The notes: generated by a model from the letters alone, not told the origin. Counted from the first letter of the stretch, positions 37,130 through 46,374 are shown. The stretch is 64,000 bases of DNA from an uncultured Gammaproteobacteria bacterium (GCA_964612595.1 CAZTFB010000001.1:323058-387057), one strand, 5' to 3'. Program-made: numbers and translations.

Positions 37130-37423
37130 CTATGGCTTGAGGTTAAGTTTTTGAAACCAACCTTTTCGATAAAGAATGGCGATAATCGCATAAATCGCTA
37201 TATCAACCCACGTTTCTTCGATAGATTCGTTCTGGGGCTCTTTATTGTTCTGTTCGAGATTTTTGAGTCGATTAATTTTGTCGTTGATACGAAAAATTAT
37301 CCCCATTTCACCCGTATCGAGGATATTGTCTTTTCCGTAATCTTTATGCTTGCGAATGAATACGAGAAGAAGTTGCGAAGTAATATGTGAAAAAGCTTCG
37401 TCGAGAAACTGCGGTTGCTTCAT
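37130..37423 (-). CDS. DUF1599-like small all-alpha protein (MazG-like NTP-pyrophosphohydrolase-related fold family, by eye)
   Basis: 97-aa ORF with RKHKDYG, GIIFRINDKINRLKNL and EETWVDIAIYAIIA patterns. Its ATG lies 1 nt after the rpsJ stop. Confidence 0.5.
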   Translation of the reverse strand: MKQPQFLDEAFSHITSQLLLVFIRKHKDYGKDNILDTGEMGIIFRINDKINRLKNLEQNNKEPQNESIEETWVDIAIYAIIAILYRKGWFQKLNLKP

Positions 37424-37424
37424 A

Positions 37425-37736
37425 TTATCCCATCTTTACTTCCACACTGACGCCAGCAGGAAGATCAAGATGCATAAGTGAATCAATAGTTTGATTTGTG
37501 GGGTTTACTATGTCAAGTACGCGCTTATGCGTTTTGAGCCCGAAGTGCTCGCGCGCATCCTTATCAATAAATGCGGCTTTGTTAACCACATACTTTTCTA
37601 TTTTTGTTGGAAGTGGAATTGGACCTAAAAAGGAAGCTCCCGTTTTAGTGGCGGTATCAATAAGTTTTTGACATGTTTCGTCGATAAGACGATGGTCAAA
37701 AGACTTTAATCTGATTCTGATCTTTCCTTTAGGCAT
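37425..37736 (-). CDS. rpsJ: 30S ribosomal protein S10
   Basis: 103-aa ORF with [15 protein letters not shown] and [13 protein letters not shown]. Confidence 0.9.
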   Translation of the reverse strand: MPKGKIRIRLKSFDHRLIDETCQKLIDTATKTGASFLGPIPLPTKIEKYVVNKAAFIDKDAREHFGLKTHKRVLDIVNPTNQTIDSLMHLDLPAGVSVEVKMG

Positions 37737-37770
37737 TGTATGTGTACGTGCTTATAAATTTATCATCCTT

Positions 37771-37798
37771 ATCAGCCCCGACGGTAGTCGGGGCTGAT
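37771..37798 (-). terminator. 12-bp GC-rich stem-loop between tuf and rpsJ (terminator/attenuator or processing/stability element)
   Basis: ATCAGCCCCGAC-GGTA-GTCGGGGCTGAT, a perfect inverted repeat. There is no clean U-tract on either strand. Confidence 0.4.
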
Positions 37799-37814
37799 GG
37801 ATGTAATGTAACAG

Positions 37815-39002
37815 TTACTTAATAACTTTGGTCATAACACCGGCTCCTACAGTTTTTCCACCCTCACGGATAGCAAAACGAAGACCTTCTTCTAGCGCAA
37901 CAGGGTAAATAAGTGCTGCGGTAATCTTTATGTTATCACCTGGCATAACCATTTCGACACCTTCTGGAAGTGTTACTTCACCAGTTACATCAGTTGTTCT
38001 GATGTAGAACTGTGGGCGGTAACCCTTAAAGAAGGGACTGTGTCGTCCACCCTCTTCCTTCTTCAAGACATAAATCTCTGCCTCGAATTCAGTATGTGGT
38101 GTGACGGTTCCTGACTTTGCAATAACCTGACCTCTCTCCACATCGGCTTTTTCAATACCTCTGAGAAGAAGACCTACGTTATCACCAGCTTCAGCTGTGT
38201 CTAGTGTTTTTCTAAACATTTCGACACCAGTGATGGTGGTTTTTTTACTATCATGACCAAGTCCAACGATTTCAATTTCATCGTTAGTTTTGATAGTTCC
38301 TCTCTCAACACGACCTGTTGCGACGGTTCCTCGACCTTGGATGGTAAAGACGTCCTCAACTGGCATAAGGAAAGGTTTCTCTGTGTCTCGCACTGGATCT
38401 GGAATATATTCATCAACAGCTTTCATCAAGTCAAGAATTGCTTGCTCTGCTGCTGCATCACCCTCAATAGCTTTAAGGGATGATCCTTTGATGACAGGAA
38501 CGTCGTCACCAGGATAGCCGTACTTGGTAAGAAGATCACGAACCTCCATTTCAACGAGTTCAAGAATTTCTGGATCTTGGACCATGTCTGTCTTGTTAAG
38601 ATAGACAACCATCGCTGGAACGTTAACTTGCTTAGCAAGAAGGACGTGCTCACGAGTTTGAGGCATTGGGCCGTCTGGAGCAGAAACAACAAGAATAGCG
38701 CCGTCCATTTGGGCAGCACCTGTAATCATGTTCTTGATGTAGTCAGCATGTCCTGGAGCATCTATGTGTGCATAGTGTCTCTTTTCAGTCTCATATTCAG
38801 AGTGATGGACATTAATTGTGACGCCTCTTTCACGCTCTTCTGGAGCTTTATCAATATCTTCGTATTTAAGTGCCTCAGCTAATCCTTTTTTTGCAAGGAC
38901 TGTATGAATTGCTGAAGTGGTGGTGGTCTTTCCATGATCAACGTGACCAATGGTACCTATGTTGACATGAGGCTTGTTTCTCGTAAATGTTCCCTTTGCC
39001 AT
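37815..39002 (-). CDS. tuf: Elongation factor Tu
   Basis: 395-aa ORF with [14 protein letters not shown] and NKTD motifs. Confidence 0.95.
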   Translation of the reverse strand: MAKGTFTRNKPHVNIGTIGHVDHGKTTTTSAIHTVLAKKGLAEALKYEDIDKAPEERERGVTINVHHSEYETEKRHYAHIDAPGHADYIKNMITGAAQMDGAILVVSAPDGPMPQTREHVLLAKQVNVPAMVVYLNKTDMVQDPEILELVEMEVRDLLTKYGYPGDDVPVIKGSSLKAIEGDAAAEQAILDLMKAVDEYIPDPVRDTEKPFLMPVEDVFTIQGRGTVATGRVERGTIKTNDEIEIVGLGHDSKKTTITGVEMFRKTLDTAEAGDNVGLLLRGIEKADVERGQVIAKSGTVTPHTEFEAEIYVLKKEEGGRHSPFFKGYRPQFYIRTTDVTGEVTLPEGVEMVMPGDNIKITAALIYPVALEEGLRFAIREGGKTVGAGVMTKVIK

Positions 39003-39082
39003 TTTATGTGATGAAAATGTAACTTTTAATTAACAACAAACGCCCTCACCAGACATTAACCTGATATGGGCTAGATTTCTGA

Positions 39083-39111
39083 ATTATACGAAAAGTAAAT
39101 TTAAATTGCAA
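39083..39111 (-). promoter_or_regulatory. Consensus-like promoter for tuf-rpsJ
   Basis: Minus strand: TTGCAA (39111-39106), 17-nt spacer, TATAAT (39088-39083). This gives a leader of about 75 nt. Confidence 0.55.
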
Positions 39112-39119
39112 GAAGCATG

Positions 39120-40397
39120 TCACATACGCTCCTCTTTATAAAGTAAGTAGAAAAATATTCCAATATGGCAGATGGAAAGGGTTAAGTATACTACCGGGCT
39201 GTGAAGCAATGCTATGAAATAATCTGAGCGTGGAACTGGCCAACTAAAATAAAGATTGAGGTAACTTAAAATTGAAAGTGCAACATACCATTTTAGATAC
39301 TTCTTATTTGCTACTGAAGCCAAAAGAAGGAATGGAAGTAAAAGCAACGTGTAGCGCTCGTGCATTTTCGTAGCGAAAAGAAAGAAAGCAAAAGCAGATA
39401 AGAACATGGCGTTAAGAAGATTATTCTTAACATAAAATAATTTCATTATTATAAACATAGCTATGCTTAAGAACGCATATCCCCAGGTTCTGTAAGTCAT
39501 ATTGAAAAGGAATATACTTGAATCCATTAGGCCATCAAACCGCGTAAATGCCCAGATATTAAATGCACTATTTGTCACAAAAGCGAGACTTTGTGCTTGC
39601 AAAATACTATGGAGATATATGCTGTAAGGCGCGACCACATCAAACGAACCGATCAAGGGTAAAAAGGATAGGATAAAGTAAATATTATTGAGTACAAACG
39701 ATTTTAAAGCGCTTAGAAGGCCGAATTTTTTTATGAATGCTGCCACAAATATCGGTAAAAAAACGATTGGCGTTGGTTTAACGAGGAGCGCGGTAGTAAA
39801 TAACAGCCCACTTAAGAGATATCTTGGCGAGTAGAGTAAAAGGTACGTAGCTGCAAGCACGAAGAAAATTGGAATCGCATCTATTTGTCCCCAATAAGCA
39901 CTGTTATAAAAGTAAGCCGGATTAAACAGAATGAGTACGGGTACAAGAAAGATCAAATTTTTTGTATGCTTATTTGATGGTACTAGTTTTTTCGCAAATA
40001 CATAACTTAACCATGCAATGCCAAGATCAGCCAAAATTGAAGGGATTTTCATAGTAGCAGCAACGAAATATCTCTCTTGAATAATGAAGATTAACTTTGA
40101 GGGAAAAATGGGCACTGTAAGATTTAGCCACCAAAGCACATCATAGATGAGCGAATGAAGTGGGTACATGGCATAAAAGATATACATGGCAAACGGTGGA
40201 TAGTTTGGGTATAGACTTGCATATACCTCGGTCGAAGGCGTAAGATAAAAATTCGCAAATCCAACTCCCCACAAATCTTTTGCCCATGCAATATGATTGT
40301 GTACATCAAAACTAAAATCAAGAAACATGAGGAACAATCTGAGAAGCATACCAATCAGAAATACAGAAAATAGCGGATGTTTTTTTAGGTATAACAT
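39120..40397 (-). CDS. Polytopic GT-C-type membrane glycosyltransferase-like protein (ArnT/PMT/DUF2029-like by eye)
   Basis: 425-aa ORF with about 11-12 hydrophobic segments and Tyr/Phe/Pro-rich loops (LYPNYPPFAMY). Confidence 0.5.
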   Translation of the reverse strand: MLYLKKHPLFSVFLIGMLLRLFLMFLDFSFDVHNHIAWAKDLWGVGFANFYLTPSTEVYASLYPNYPPFAMYIFYAMYPLHSLIYDVLWWLNLTVPIFPSKLIFIIQERYFVAATMKIPSILADLGIAWLSYVFAKKLVPSNKHTKNLIFLVPVLILFNPAYFYNSAYWGQIDAIPIFFVLAATYLLLYSPRYLLSGLLFTTALLVKPTPIVFLPIFVAAFIKKFGLLSALKSFVLNNIYFILSFLPLIGSFDVVAPYSIYLHSILQAQSLAFVTNSAFNIWAFTRFDGLMDSSIFLFNMTYRTWGYAFLSIAMFIIMKLFYVKNNLLNAMFLSAFAFFLFATKMHERYTLLLLPFLLLASVANKKYLKWYVALSILSYLNLYFSWPVPRSDYFIALLHSPVVYLTLSICHIGIFFYLLYKEERM

Positions 40398-40404
40398 GCG
40401 GCTT

Positions 40405-40410
40405 ATTATA
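40405..40410 (-). promoter_or_regulatory. -10 box TATAAT 7 nt upstream of the GT-C ATG (leaderless candidate)
   Basis: Minus strand: gtagttTATAATaagccgcATG. Confidence 0.4.
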
Positions 40411-40465
40411 AACTACATATGTTGCTTTTTTTCTAACCCTTCATTACACTGAATCATAGGAACCT

Positions 40466-41302
40466 ATGAAACGAAGACATTTCATCACGCTTAGTCATGT
40501 ACTGCGTCATTCCATAGTTCCGTATGATGATTATTATGGCAAAGTACTCCATGCAACAAAACTTAAATTCTCGCTGAAATATTTCTTTGCACTCTCAAGT
40601 CTACTCATTTTGATGGAGCTTTTAACAACGTTTGTAGGTTTTGGCAAAGCATATCCTTTTTTTCAACTGAATACGGGAATTCGATCAATAATTGAACAGG
40701 TTCCGCAGGATCTTGTCTTGAATATTCAAGGTGGTAATCTCACCACTAATTATGACCGACCTATAATAATATTCAATCCCGATATCACAAATGCGGGAAC
40801 ATTGCTTGTCATAGATCAGAATGCTAACAAAGAAAAAATTAATGAATACGAAAGTACATACCTTTTAACTGGGAAAGAGTTTGTGGGTTATCTTGATGGA
40901 AGACTTACGTCTTTTGAATACAGCAATAAGGATTTTAGCGCTCAACCACTTTCGATTGAACTTGGAAAAGTTGCTCGTAATGCAACAGCGTTTATTATTG
41001 CTGTGTATCTCGTTGCCATAATTTTATTACCCATTTTTGCGACAATAGCACGAATTGTACTTCTTTTCTGTATTAGCTTGATTGTCTATGTCCTCTGTAT
41101 GAGGATAGTACCGAGGTTAGAAGTAAGTAAGGTCTTTCAAATCTCGCTTCATGCGGTGACGGCACCAATTATTATCCAAACTGTACTTGCAATTCTTGGG
41201 CTTACTGTACCAATGTCATTCTGGTGGTTTAGTGCGATGACCATTATTTTCTTACTTGCAGCTTTGTATGAGGCGTATATTTTGTCTTCTAGAAGTCGTT
41301 AA
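40466..41302 (+). CDS. Multi-pass membrane protein, function unknown (DUF1189/YvdJ-like by eye)
   Basis: 278-aa ORF with an N-terminal TM, an extracytoplasmic domain of about 110 aa, then 3-4 TMs. It is preceded by TTGCTT-17-TACACT and an AGGA-like SD. Confidence 0.5.
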   Translation: MKRRHFITLSHVLRHSIVPYDDYYGKVLHATKLKFSLKYFFALSSLLILMELLTTFVGFGKAYPFFQLNTGIRSIIEQVPQDLVLNIQGGNLTTNYDRPIIIFNPDITNAGTLLVIDQNANKEKINEYESTYLLTGKEFVGYLDGRLTSFEYSNKDFSAQPLSIELGKVARNATAFIIAVYLVAIILLPIFATIARIVLLFCISLIVYVLCMRIVPRLEVSKVFQISLHAVTAPIIIQTVLAILGLTVPMSFWWFSAMTIIFLLAALYEAYILSSRSR

Positions 41303-41754
41303 TTTTGTATCTCATCTTCACATCCACAGGTTATAGCAGCGCCCTTTATCCATTCATCGATATACGCACAACCTTCTGGAGTTTCATTTTCTGAACAGGT
41401 AAATATTTGGTTTTGTGTGGTGCATGAGTAATGTGGAGAAGTAAAGTAATCGGCATCTATGGGATCAATGCACGAAAACTGAATAAAACAACTTTGAAGA
41501 CTTTTGTCTGCGATGGGTACGTATGAAAGTGCCGAAACACACAAAGGGAGTCCTTCATGCAATTGAACCGATGCAATGGAATGTTGTTGTTTCTCAATCG
41601 TATTAAATACTTCCTCATTAGCGCGTGATCTGTAAGTAAAAAGTATTGAAGAATTGAGCAGCACGAAACCAGCAATAACAAAAGCTAATCCGCCTAGTGG
41701 AAGACCGTATCTGAGTAGTTTATGGTCGTTTCGGCGCAAGAATGTATGTAACAT
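41299..41754 (-). CDS. Membrane-anchored Cys-rich extracytoplasmic protein, function unknown
   Basis: 151-aa ORF with one TM (LGGLAFVIAGFVLL) and nine Cys in the C-terminal 90 aa. Its ATG overlaps the radA TAA (TAATG). Confidence 0.5.
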   Translation of the reverse strand: MLHTFLRRNDHKLLRYGLPLGGLAFVIAGFVLLNSSILFTYRSRANEEVFNTIEKQQHSIASVQLHEGLPLCVSALSYVPIADKSLQSCFIQFSCIDPIDADYFTSPHYSCTTQNQIFTCSENETPEGCAYIDEWIKGAAITCGCEDEIQN

Positions 41755-43037
41755 TATAATATTGTACCCAATTCACTAATCATATGAAGTCGCTCTGCAC
41801 TTATGACTCTTTTTAAGCCCAGCCGCTTTGCGTCATACATAATTTTCTTTTCTCGCTGTGTAGATCGCACCTCACCAAGCAATCCGATTTCACCAACAAA
41901 CGCAGTATCAAGGGGGAGTTTAATATTTTTCACAGAAGAAATAATGCTTGCTGCTATGCCTAAATCTGCCGAGGGCGATTTTATAGTCAAACCCCCTGCA
42001 ACACTGACATAAATATCGTATTTATCTAGATTCATTTTTAAATTCTTTCTTATAACTGCGAGTAGAAGTTGGAGTCGATTGTAATCAATACCCGACGCTA
42101 TTCGACGAGGAATGGCAAGTTGCGTCGGGACAACAAGGCTTTGTACTTCATACAGCAATGATCTGCTTCCTTCTACTGTTATTATGACAGCGCGGCCTGC
42201 GGCCGCTTTAATAGATGAATCTATAAACATGGTGGGATTAGTAACTTGTCGAAGACCGCCATCGGTCATTTCGAATAATCCCACTTCATCAACCGAGCCA
42301 AACCTATTCTTTCTCGCTCGAAGCAAACGAAATGTCGATTCCTTTTCTCCCTCAAGCTGAATGACACAATCAACCAGATGCTCGAGCGTCTTTGGTCCAG
42401 CAATATCACCATCTTTCGTTACATGACCAATAAAGATAATGATCTTATTGTTGCGCTTTGCATAGTCTACCAATCGTGAAGCATTTTCTTTAATCTGCGA
42501 CACGCTTCCCATCGGAGATGGTATATCGGGCGTATATAGGGTTTGAATAGAATCTATAACAGCTACCTTATATTCATTTTCATATTTTTCCAGCGCGGCA
42601 ATTATTGAATCTACCTGGAGCTCATTTGAAAATAGAATATTTTCAGTAGAAACTCCTAATCTATCTGCGCGTTGTTTCACTTGTTGTCCCGACTCTTCGC
42701 CGGAAATATAAAAACAAGGAAGACTTCCCAAAACTGATAAAAGAAGAGTTGATTTACCTACACCTGGTTCACCCGCAAGCAACACAACTTCACCATCGAT
42801 AAAACCACCACCAAGTACTCTGTCAAATTCTTCGTTTAACGTAGCAACACGAGCATTCGACTGACTTGATAATGTGTGTAATTTTTCTGCTTTTGCCGGC
42901 GAAGCCTTACCCGCTTTTCCCCTTTTCGAAGAGCCATCAGAAGTCTTTTCAAAAGTATTCCATTCCTGGCACGACGGGCATTTCCCGTACCATGATGCTG
43001 AACCGTACCCGCATCCTGAGCATATATATTGAGCCAT
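41754..43037 (-). CDS. radA: DNA repair protein RadA/Sms
   Basis: Track ORF to 43052. The ATG at 43037 gives MAQYICSGCGYGSASWYGKCPSCQEWNTF (zinc finger). Walker A GEPGVGKST and a Lon-like C-domain follow. Confidence 0.9.
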   Translation of the reverse strand: MAQYICSGCGYGSASWYGKCPSCQEWNTFEKTSDGSSKRGKAGKASPAKAEKLHTLSSQSNARVATLNEEFDRVLGGGFIDGEVVLLAGEPGVGKSTLLLSVLGSLPCFYISGEESGQQVKQRADRLGVSTENILFSNELQVDSIIAALEKYENEYKVAVIDSIQTLYTPDIPSPMGSVSQIKENASRLVDYAKRNNKIIIFIGHVTKDGDIAGPKTLEHLVDCVIQLEGEKESTFRLLRARKNRFGSVDEVGLFEMTDGGLRQVTNPTMFIDSSIKAAAGRAVIITVEGSRSLLYEVQSLVVPTQLAIPRRIASGIDYNRLQLLLAVIRKNLKMNLDKYDIYVSVAGGLTIKSPSADLGIAASIISSVKNIKLPLDTAFVGEIGLLGEVRSTQREKKIMYDAKRLGLKRVISAERLHMISELGTIL

Positions 43038-43038
43038 A

Positions 43039-44004
43039 TTATGTAGTAACAATTGCCTTTTTCAAAGCCTCCAAAGATGCATCGTCGAGAATTGAACATA
43101 CAAGAATTTTTTTCTTAAACGCTTTGAGCTTGGCTTTTTTTTCTTTAACAGCTTCTGGTGATAGTAAATCTGATTTCGTAAGCACAATTATTTCTTCCTT
43201 TCCCATCATGGTTGGGTTGTATTCCTCAAGTTCTTTTCGTATAGTTTTATAGTCTTGGACGACATCTTCGCTACTCGCATCGATACAGTGGAGCAACAAT
43301 GAAGTCTTCTCTATATGCTTTAAAAATTTAACACCCAATCCCTTACCTTTATGAGCGCCCTCTATCAATCCTGGAATATCTGCCAATACTGTTCTCTGCA
43401 GCATGCCTAAATGTGGTTCAAGCGTAGTAAATGGATAATCTGCAACCTTAACCTCAGCATTCGTAAGTGCATTAAGTAGACTTGATTTGCCCGCACTTGG
43501 AAGGCCAATAAGACCGACATCAGCAATAAACTGGAGATTTATATGTATGGTACGAAATTTACCAGGTCTACCCTCTTCTGCAAAATCGGGTGTTTTATTT
43601 GTACTTGATTTAAATTCCCAGTTTCCGCGACCACCTTTTCCACCGCGAGCTATCTGATATTCATCACCAGGGTGTGTTATTTCCCACACATCGCCCGTAA
43701 GTGTGTCTGTAAGTATTGAACCAACAGGAATCTGTAGATTAATATCAGCACCTCTCGCACCATGTTGTTTCTTTCCTCTTCCCGCTTCTCCATTTTGTGC
43801 CTTGATTTCTTTCTTATAGCGAAATGTCCGTAGTGCAGAGATATCATCAACACCCACAACATTAATACTTCCACCCCATCCACCATTACCACCATCTGGT
43901 CCACCGCGAGGTATAAATTTTTCCTTCCTATAAGAAACTGCTCCATCGCCTCCCTTACCTGCCTGGACAGTTATAGTAATATCATCGATTAACATCTCGA
44001 GCAT
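43039..44004 (-). CDS. obg: GTPase Obg (short form, no C-terminal domain)
   Basis: 321-aa ORF with the Gly-rich Obg fold (AGKGGDGAVSYRKEKF, GGPDGGNGG) and G-domain GLPSAGKSS. Confidence 0.9.
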   Translation of the reverse strand: MLEMLIDDITITVQAGKGGDGAVSYRKEKFIPRGGPDGGNGGWGGSINVVGVDDISALRTFRYKKEIKAQNGEAGRGKKQHGARGADINLQIPVGSILTDTLTGDVWEITHPGDEYQIARGGKGGRGNWEFKSSTNKTPDFAEEGRPGKFRTIHINLQFIADVGLIGLPSAGKSSLLNALTNAEVKVADYPFTTLEPHLGMLQRTVLADIPGLIEGAHKGKGLGVKFLKHIEKTSLLLHCIDASSEDVVQDYKTIRKELEEYNPTMMGKEEIIVLTKSDLLSPEAVKEKKAKLKAFKKKILVCSILDDASLEALKKAIVTT

Positions 44005-44038
44005 TCTAACAAATCAACGTAGGTAGCACAAATCATGT

Positions 44039-44044
44039 TATAAT
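44039..44044 (+). promoter_or_regulatory. -10 box TATAAT abutting ATG 44045 and 9 nt upstream of ATG 44054
   Basis: gtTATAATATGagggcaATGaaacgg. Confidence 0.35.
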
Positions 44045-44053
44045 ATGAGGGCA

Positions 44054-44965
44054 ATGAAACGGAAACTTCTTTTTCTGCTCCTTATATTCACCATATTTGT
44101 TATTGTTGTAGGTGTAAGGTTTTTCTTTTTAAAAAACTCCGTTAAACAGGGTCAACTTAAAATAATCACCTCTCCCACAGCAAATGTCATCATCAACAAC
44201 CAATCAAAAGGAAAAACACCTTTTGAAATAACCCTTGATGAGGGGGAATATCTTATTAAACTTGTTCCCGAATCAACTGAAGCAAGCGAGTCGGCAAGTT
44301 GGAGTGGAAAGGTAAAGGTTTTCAGCAACACACTTACTTATATGAATCGTGAGCTTGGCGTTGATGATATTTCATCATCGGGAGTGATATTTAGTGTTAA
44401 AAAGATGGATAAAAAGCCAACGAAAAAACAAACAGGTGAGATCGAGATACTCACAGAACCTGACGGCGCAATTGTTTCTCTCGACAATGAAGAACAAGGA
44501 ATTGCGCCTGTGGTACTGTCTGAGATTCCAGCGGGAGATCATGAACTATCAACATTTAGCCCCGGATTTTTTAGACGAAGCCAAAAAATCCGTATCGAAG
44601 ATGGCTACAGAGTTATAGCTGAATTCAAACTTTCCATAGATCCAACGCATAAGAGAGTAGAGAAAAAAGACCCTGAGGAAATTAGGAATGAGGCTACAAA
44701 AAGTGCAGAGCTTACATCATCGTTTTCTGTGACGATTAATGATACTGAAACAGGGTGGCTAAGAGTTCGATTTGAACCAACACTTAATGCATCTGAAGCA
44801 GCTAAAGTTACACCGGGAACATCTTTTACCGTCATGGAGGAAAAGGAAGGGTGGTACAAAATCGAATATGAAAAAGGTAAAGTTGGATGGGTTTCTTCAA
44901 ACTACGTCACTAAGAGCACGGGAATATCTCCTACACCAACCACTACTCGTGGGAGCGCAACTTAA
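44054..44965 (+). CDS. PEGA-domain (x2) plus SH3b-domain envelope protein
   Basis: Track ORF from 44045. The N-terminal anchor is MKRKLLFLLLIFTIFVIVV. Two PEGA-like modules are present (LKIITSPTANVIINN, IEILTEPDGAIVSLDN). The C-terminal SH3b is GWYKIEYEKGKVGWVSSNYV. Confidence 0.7.
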   Translation: MKRKLLFLLLIFTIFVIVVGVRFFFLKNSVKQGQLKIITSPTANVIINNQSKGKTPFEITLDEGEYLIKLVPESTEASESASWSGKVKVFSNTLTYMNRELGVDDISSSGVIFSVKKMDKKPTKKQTGEIEILTEPDGAIVSLDNEEQGIAPVVLSEIPAGDHELSTFSPGFFRRSQKIRIEDGYRVIAEFKLSIDPTHKRVEKKDPEEIRNEATKSAELTSSFSVTINDTETGWLRVRFEPTLNASEAAKVTPGTSFTVMEEKEGWYKIEYEKGKVGWVSSNYVTKSTGISPTPTTTRGSAT

Positions 44966-46013
44966 TGCGATTTATAATCATAATAAAGAAGGCTAAAAAT
45001 ATCACCACAATAGAAAGCGCTAATATTTTTTGTTGTTGACGAAAGAACAGGGCGGAAGCTCCGAAGAGAAGAGATACAAACCAGTAAAAAACCGCAATGC
45101 GCCTTCGACCCCACCCAATCTCCATAAGTCGATGATGAAAGTGTCCAGCATCTCCTTTAAAAGGTGACTGCTTGTTTTTTAGACGTCTTAAGATCGTGTA
45201 CATAGCATCAACAAGAGGGACAGCAAGAACAAGAGCCATAGTACCAACTTTTCCCCAAGATAATATCGAGAGTACTCCGAGCATATACCCCGATAAAGCA
45301 CCGCCACTGTAACCGGGCATAATTTTTTGTGGGTAAAAATGCCAAGGTAGAAAACCTATATAGGCGCCACCCACAATAAATCCAAGCATAGCAACGCTTA
45401 TCGCACTTATATCGTGAGAAGAAAATCTCAACGCTACCAACCCAAGTACAATACTCGATATTGCTGTAAATCCTGAGAGCTGGCCATCCACACCACTGCT
45501 CCAGCTCACAAAATTCATTATTGCAACAATCCAAATGAGTGAGAAGATATTTGAGAGAATCAGAAATTCATGTGTACCAAAAAATTCGTAGGAAAACTTT
45601 ATGTGCTCAAGACTTATTACGCCTCCTAAAGGATTTGTAATATACGGCACTCCGAGCCCAAACAGGATGACTACCGATACAATAATGATATTCATAACTA
45701 GTCGTGAAATGGCTGAAAGATCAAAATAATCGTCAAGAATTCCCATCACGACTATAAGAAATCCTCCAAGCAATACACCGTTGAGAATATTGTTTGATGG
45801 GATAAGGAGGAGAGATGTTATGAGAATAGCAGAATATATACCCACACCTCCAGCCCTTGGAATAATTCCCATATGTGTATGGGCTGGATGTTTCCTTTTG
45901 CGAATGTCGTCAACAAGCTTTAGTCTGTGTGAAAGTTTTATGACTGAGGGGGATGCAACATATGAAATAATGGCTGAGAGCACTATAATGATCAGTATTT
46001 CAGCTAGTTCCAT
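44943..46013 (-). CDS. Polyprenyl-phosphate N-acetylhexosamine-1-phosphate transferase (WecA/TagO/MraY family, GT4)
   Basis: 356-aa polytopic ORF with ILDDYFDL, NFVSWSSGVDGQLSG and the KHPAHTH...IPRAGG pattern. Confidence 0.8.
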   Translation of the reverse strand: MELAEILIIIVLSAIISYVASPSVIKLSHRLKLVDDIRKRKHPAHTHMGIIPRAGGVGIYSAILITSLLLIPSNNILNGVLLGGFLIVVMGILDDYFDLSAISRLVMNIIIVSVVILFGLGVPYITNPLGGVISLEHIKFSYEFFGTHEFLILSNIFSLIWIVAIMNFVSWSSGVDGQLSGFTAISSIVLGLVALRFSSHDISAISVAMLGFIVGGAYIGFLPWHFYPQKIMPGYSGGALSGYMLGVLSILSWGKVGTMALVLAVPLVDAMYTILRRLKNKQSPFKGDAGHFHHRLMEIGWGRRRIAVFYWFVSLLFGASALFFRQQQKILALSIVVIFLAFFIMIINRIKLRSHE

Positions 46014-46348
46014 CAGAACGCAACAAGAACAATAATTTTAACAAAAATATAGGTGCTCATAGTAATAAGAACGACATTCGCGATGCGATTTACGTCAATG
46101 ATAAACATATTACCTCGCAATACTTTCTTAGCCATAAAAGTATTGAGCATACAACACATTAACGTCACTATCGGTACAATTGTTATGAGCCACGTATCAA
46201 CCACTTGATCCGTACCATTGGGTAGAGAGTAAAAGAGGGGTACTTGTGGAGGAAGCTGTAAAAATCCAAGCGCAAAGAAAATGAGCATTATGACAACTGA
46301 ACCAGTATACAGCAGCGGTACGGGGAGATTAATAACGGATTTATACAT
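46013..46348 (-). CDS. Small 3-4 TM membrane protein, function unknown, coupled to the WecA-like gene
   Basis: 111-aa hydrophobic ORF. Its stop overlaps the downstream start at 46013. Confidence 0.5.
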   Translation of the reverse strand: MYKSVINLPVPLLYTGSVVIMLIFFALGFLQLPPQVPLFYSLPNGTDQVVDTWLITIVPIVTLMCCMLNTFMAKKVLRGNMFIIDVNRIANVVLITMSTYIFVKIIVLVAF

Positions 46349-46354
46349 ATTCCC

Positions 46355-46363
46355 ATTATATCA
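46355..46363 (-). promoter_or_regulatory. Extended -10 (TGaTATAAT) 6 nt upstream of ATG 46348 (leaderless candidate)
   Basis: Minus strand: ctttGATATAATgggaatATG. Confidence 0.45.
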
Positions 46364-46374
46364 AAGCGCATAAT

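Noticed and set aside
36980-37390. 136-aa plus-strand ORF spanning the ATPase start and the DUF1599-like gene in antisense.
   Set aside because: It overlaps two better-supported minus-strand genes and the intervening promoter. Its translation has no features, so it is likely spurious.
44045-44053. First in-frame ATGs of the PEGA protein (44045) and of rmlD (61221).
   Set aside because: Each lies 0-2 nt after a TATAAT/TACAAT box, so it is probably upstream of the transcription start. The next ATG gives a canonical N-terminus (MKRKLLF..., MKIATTG...). This is an inference, not proof.
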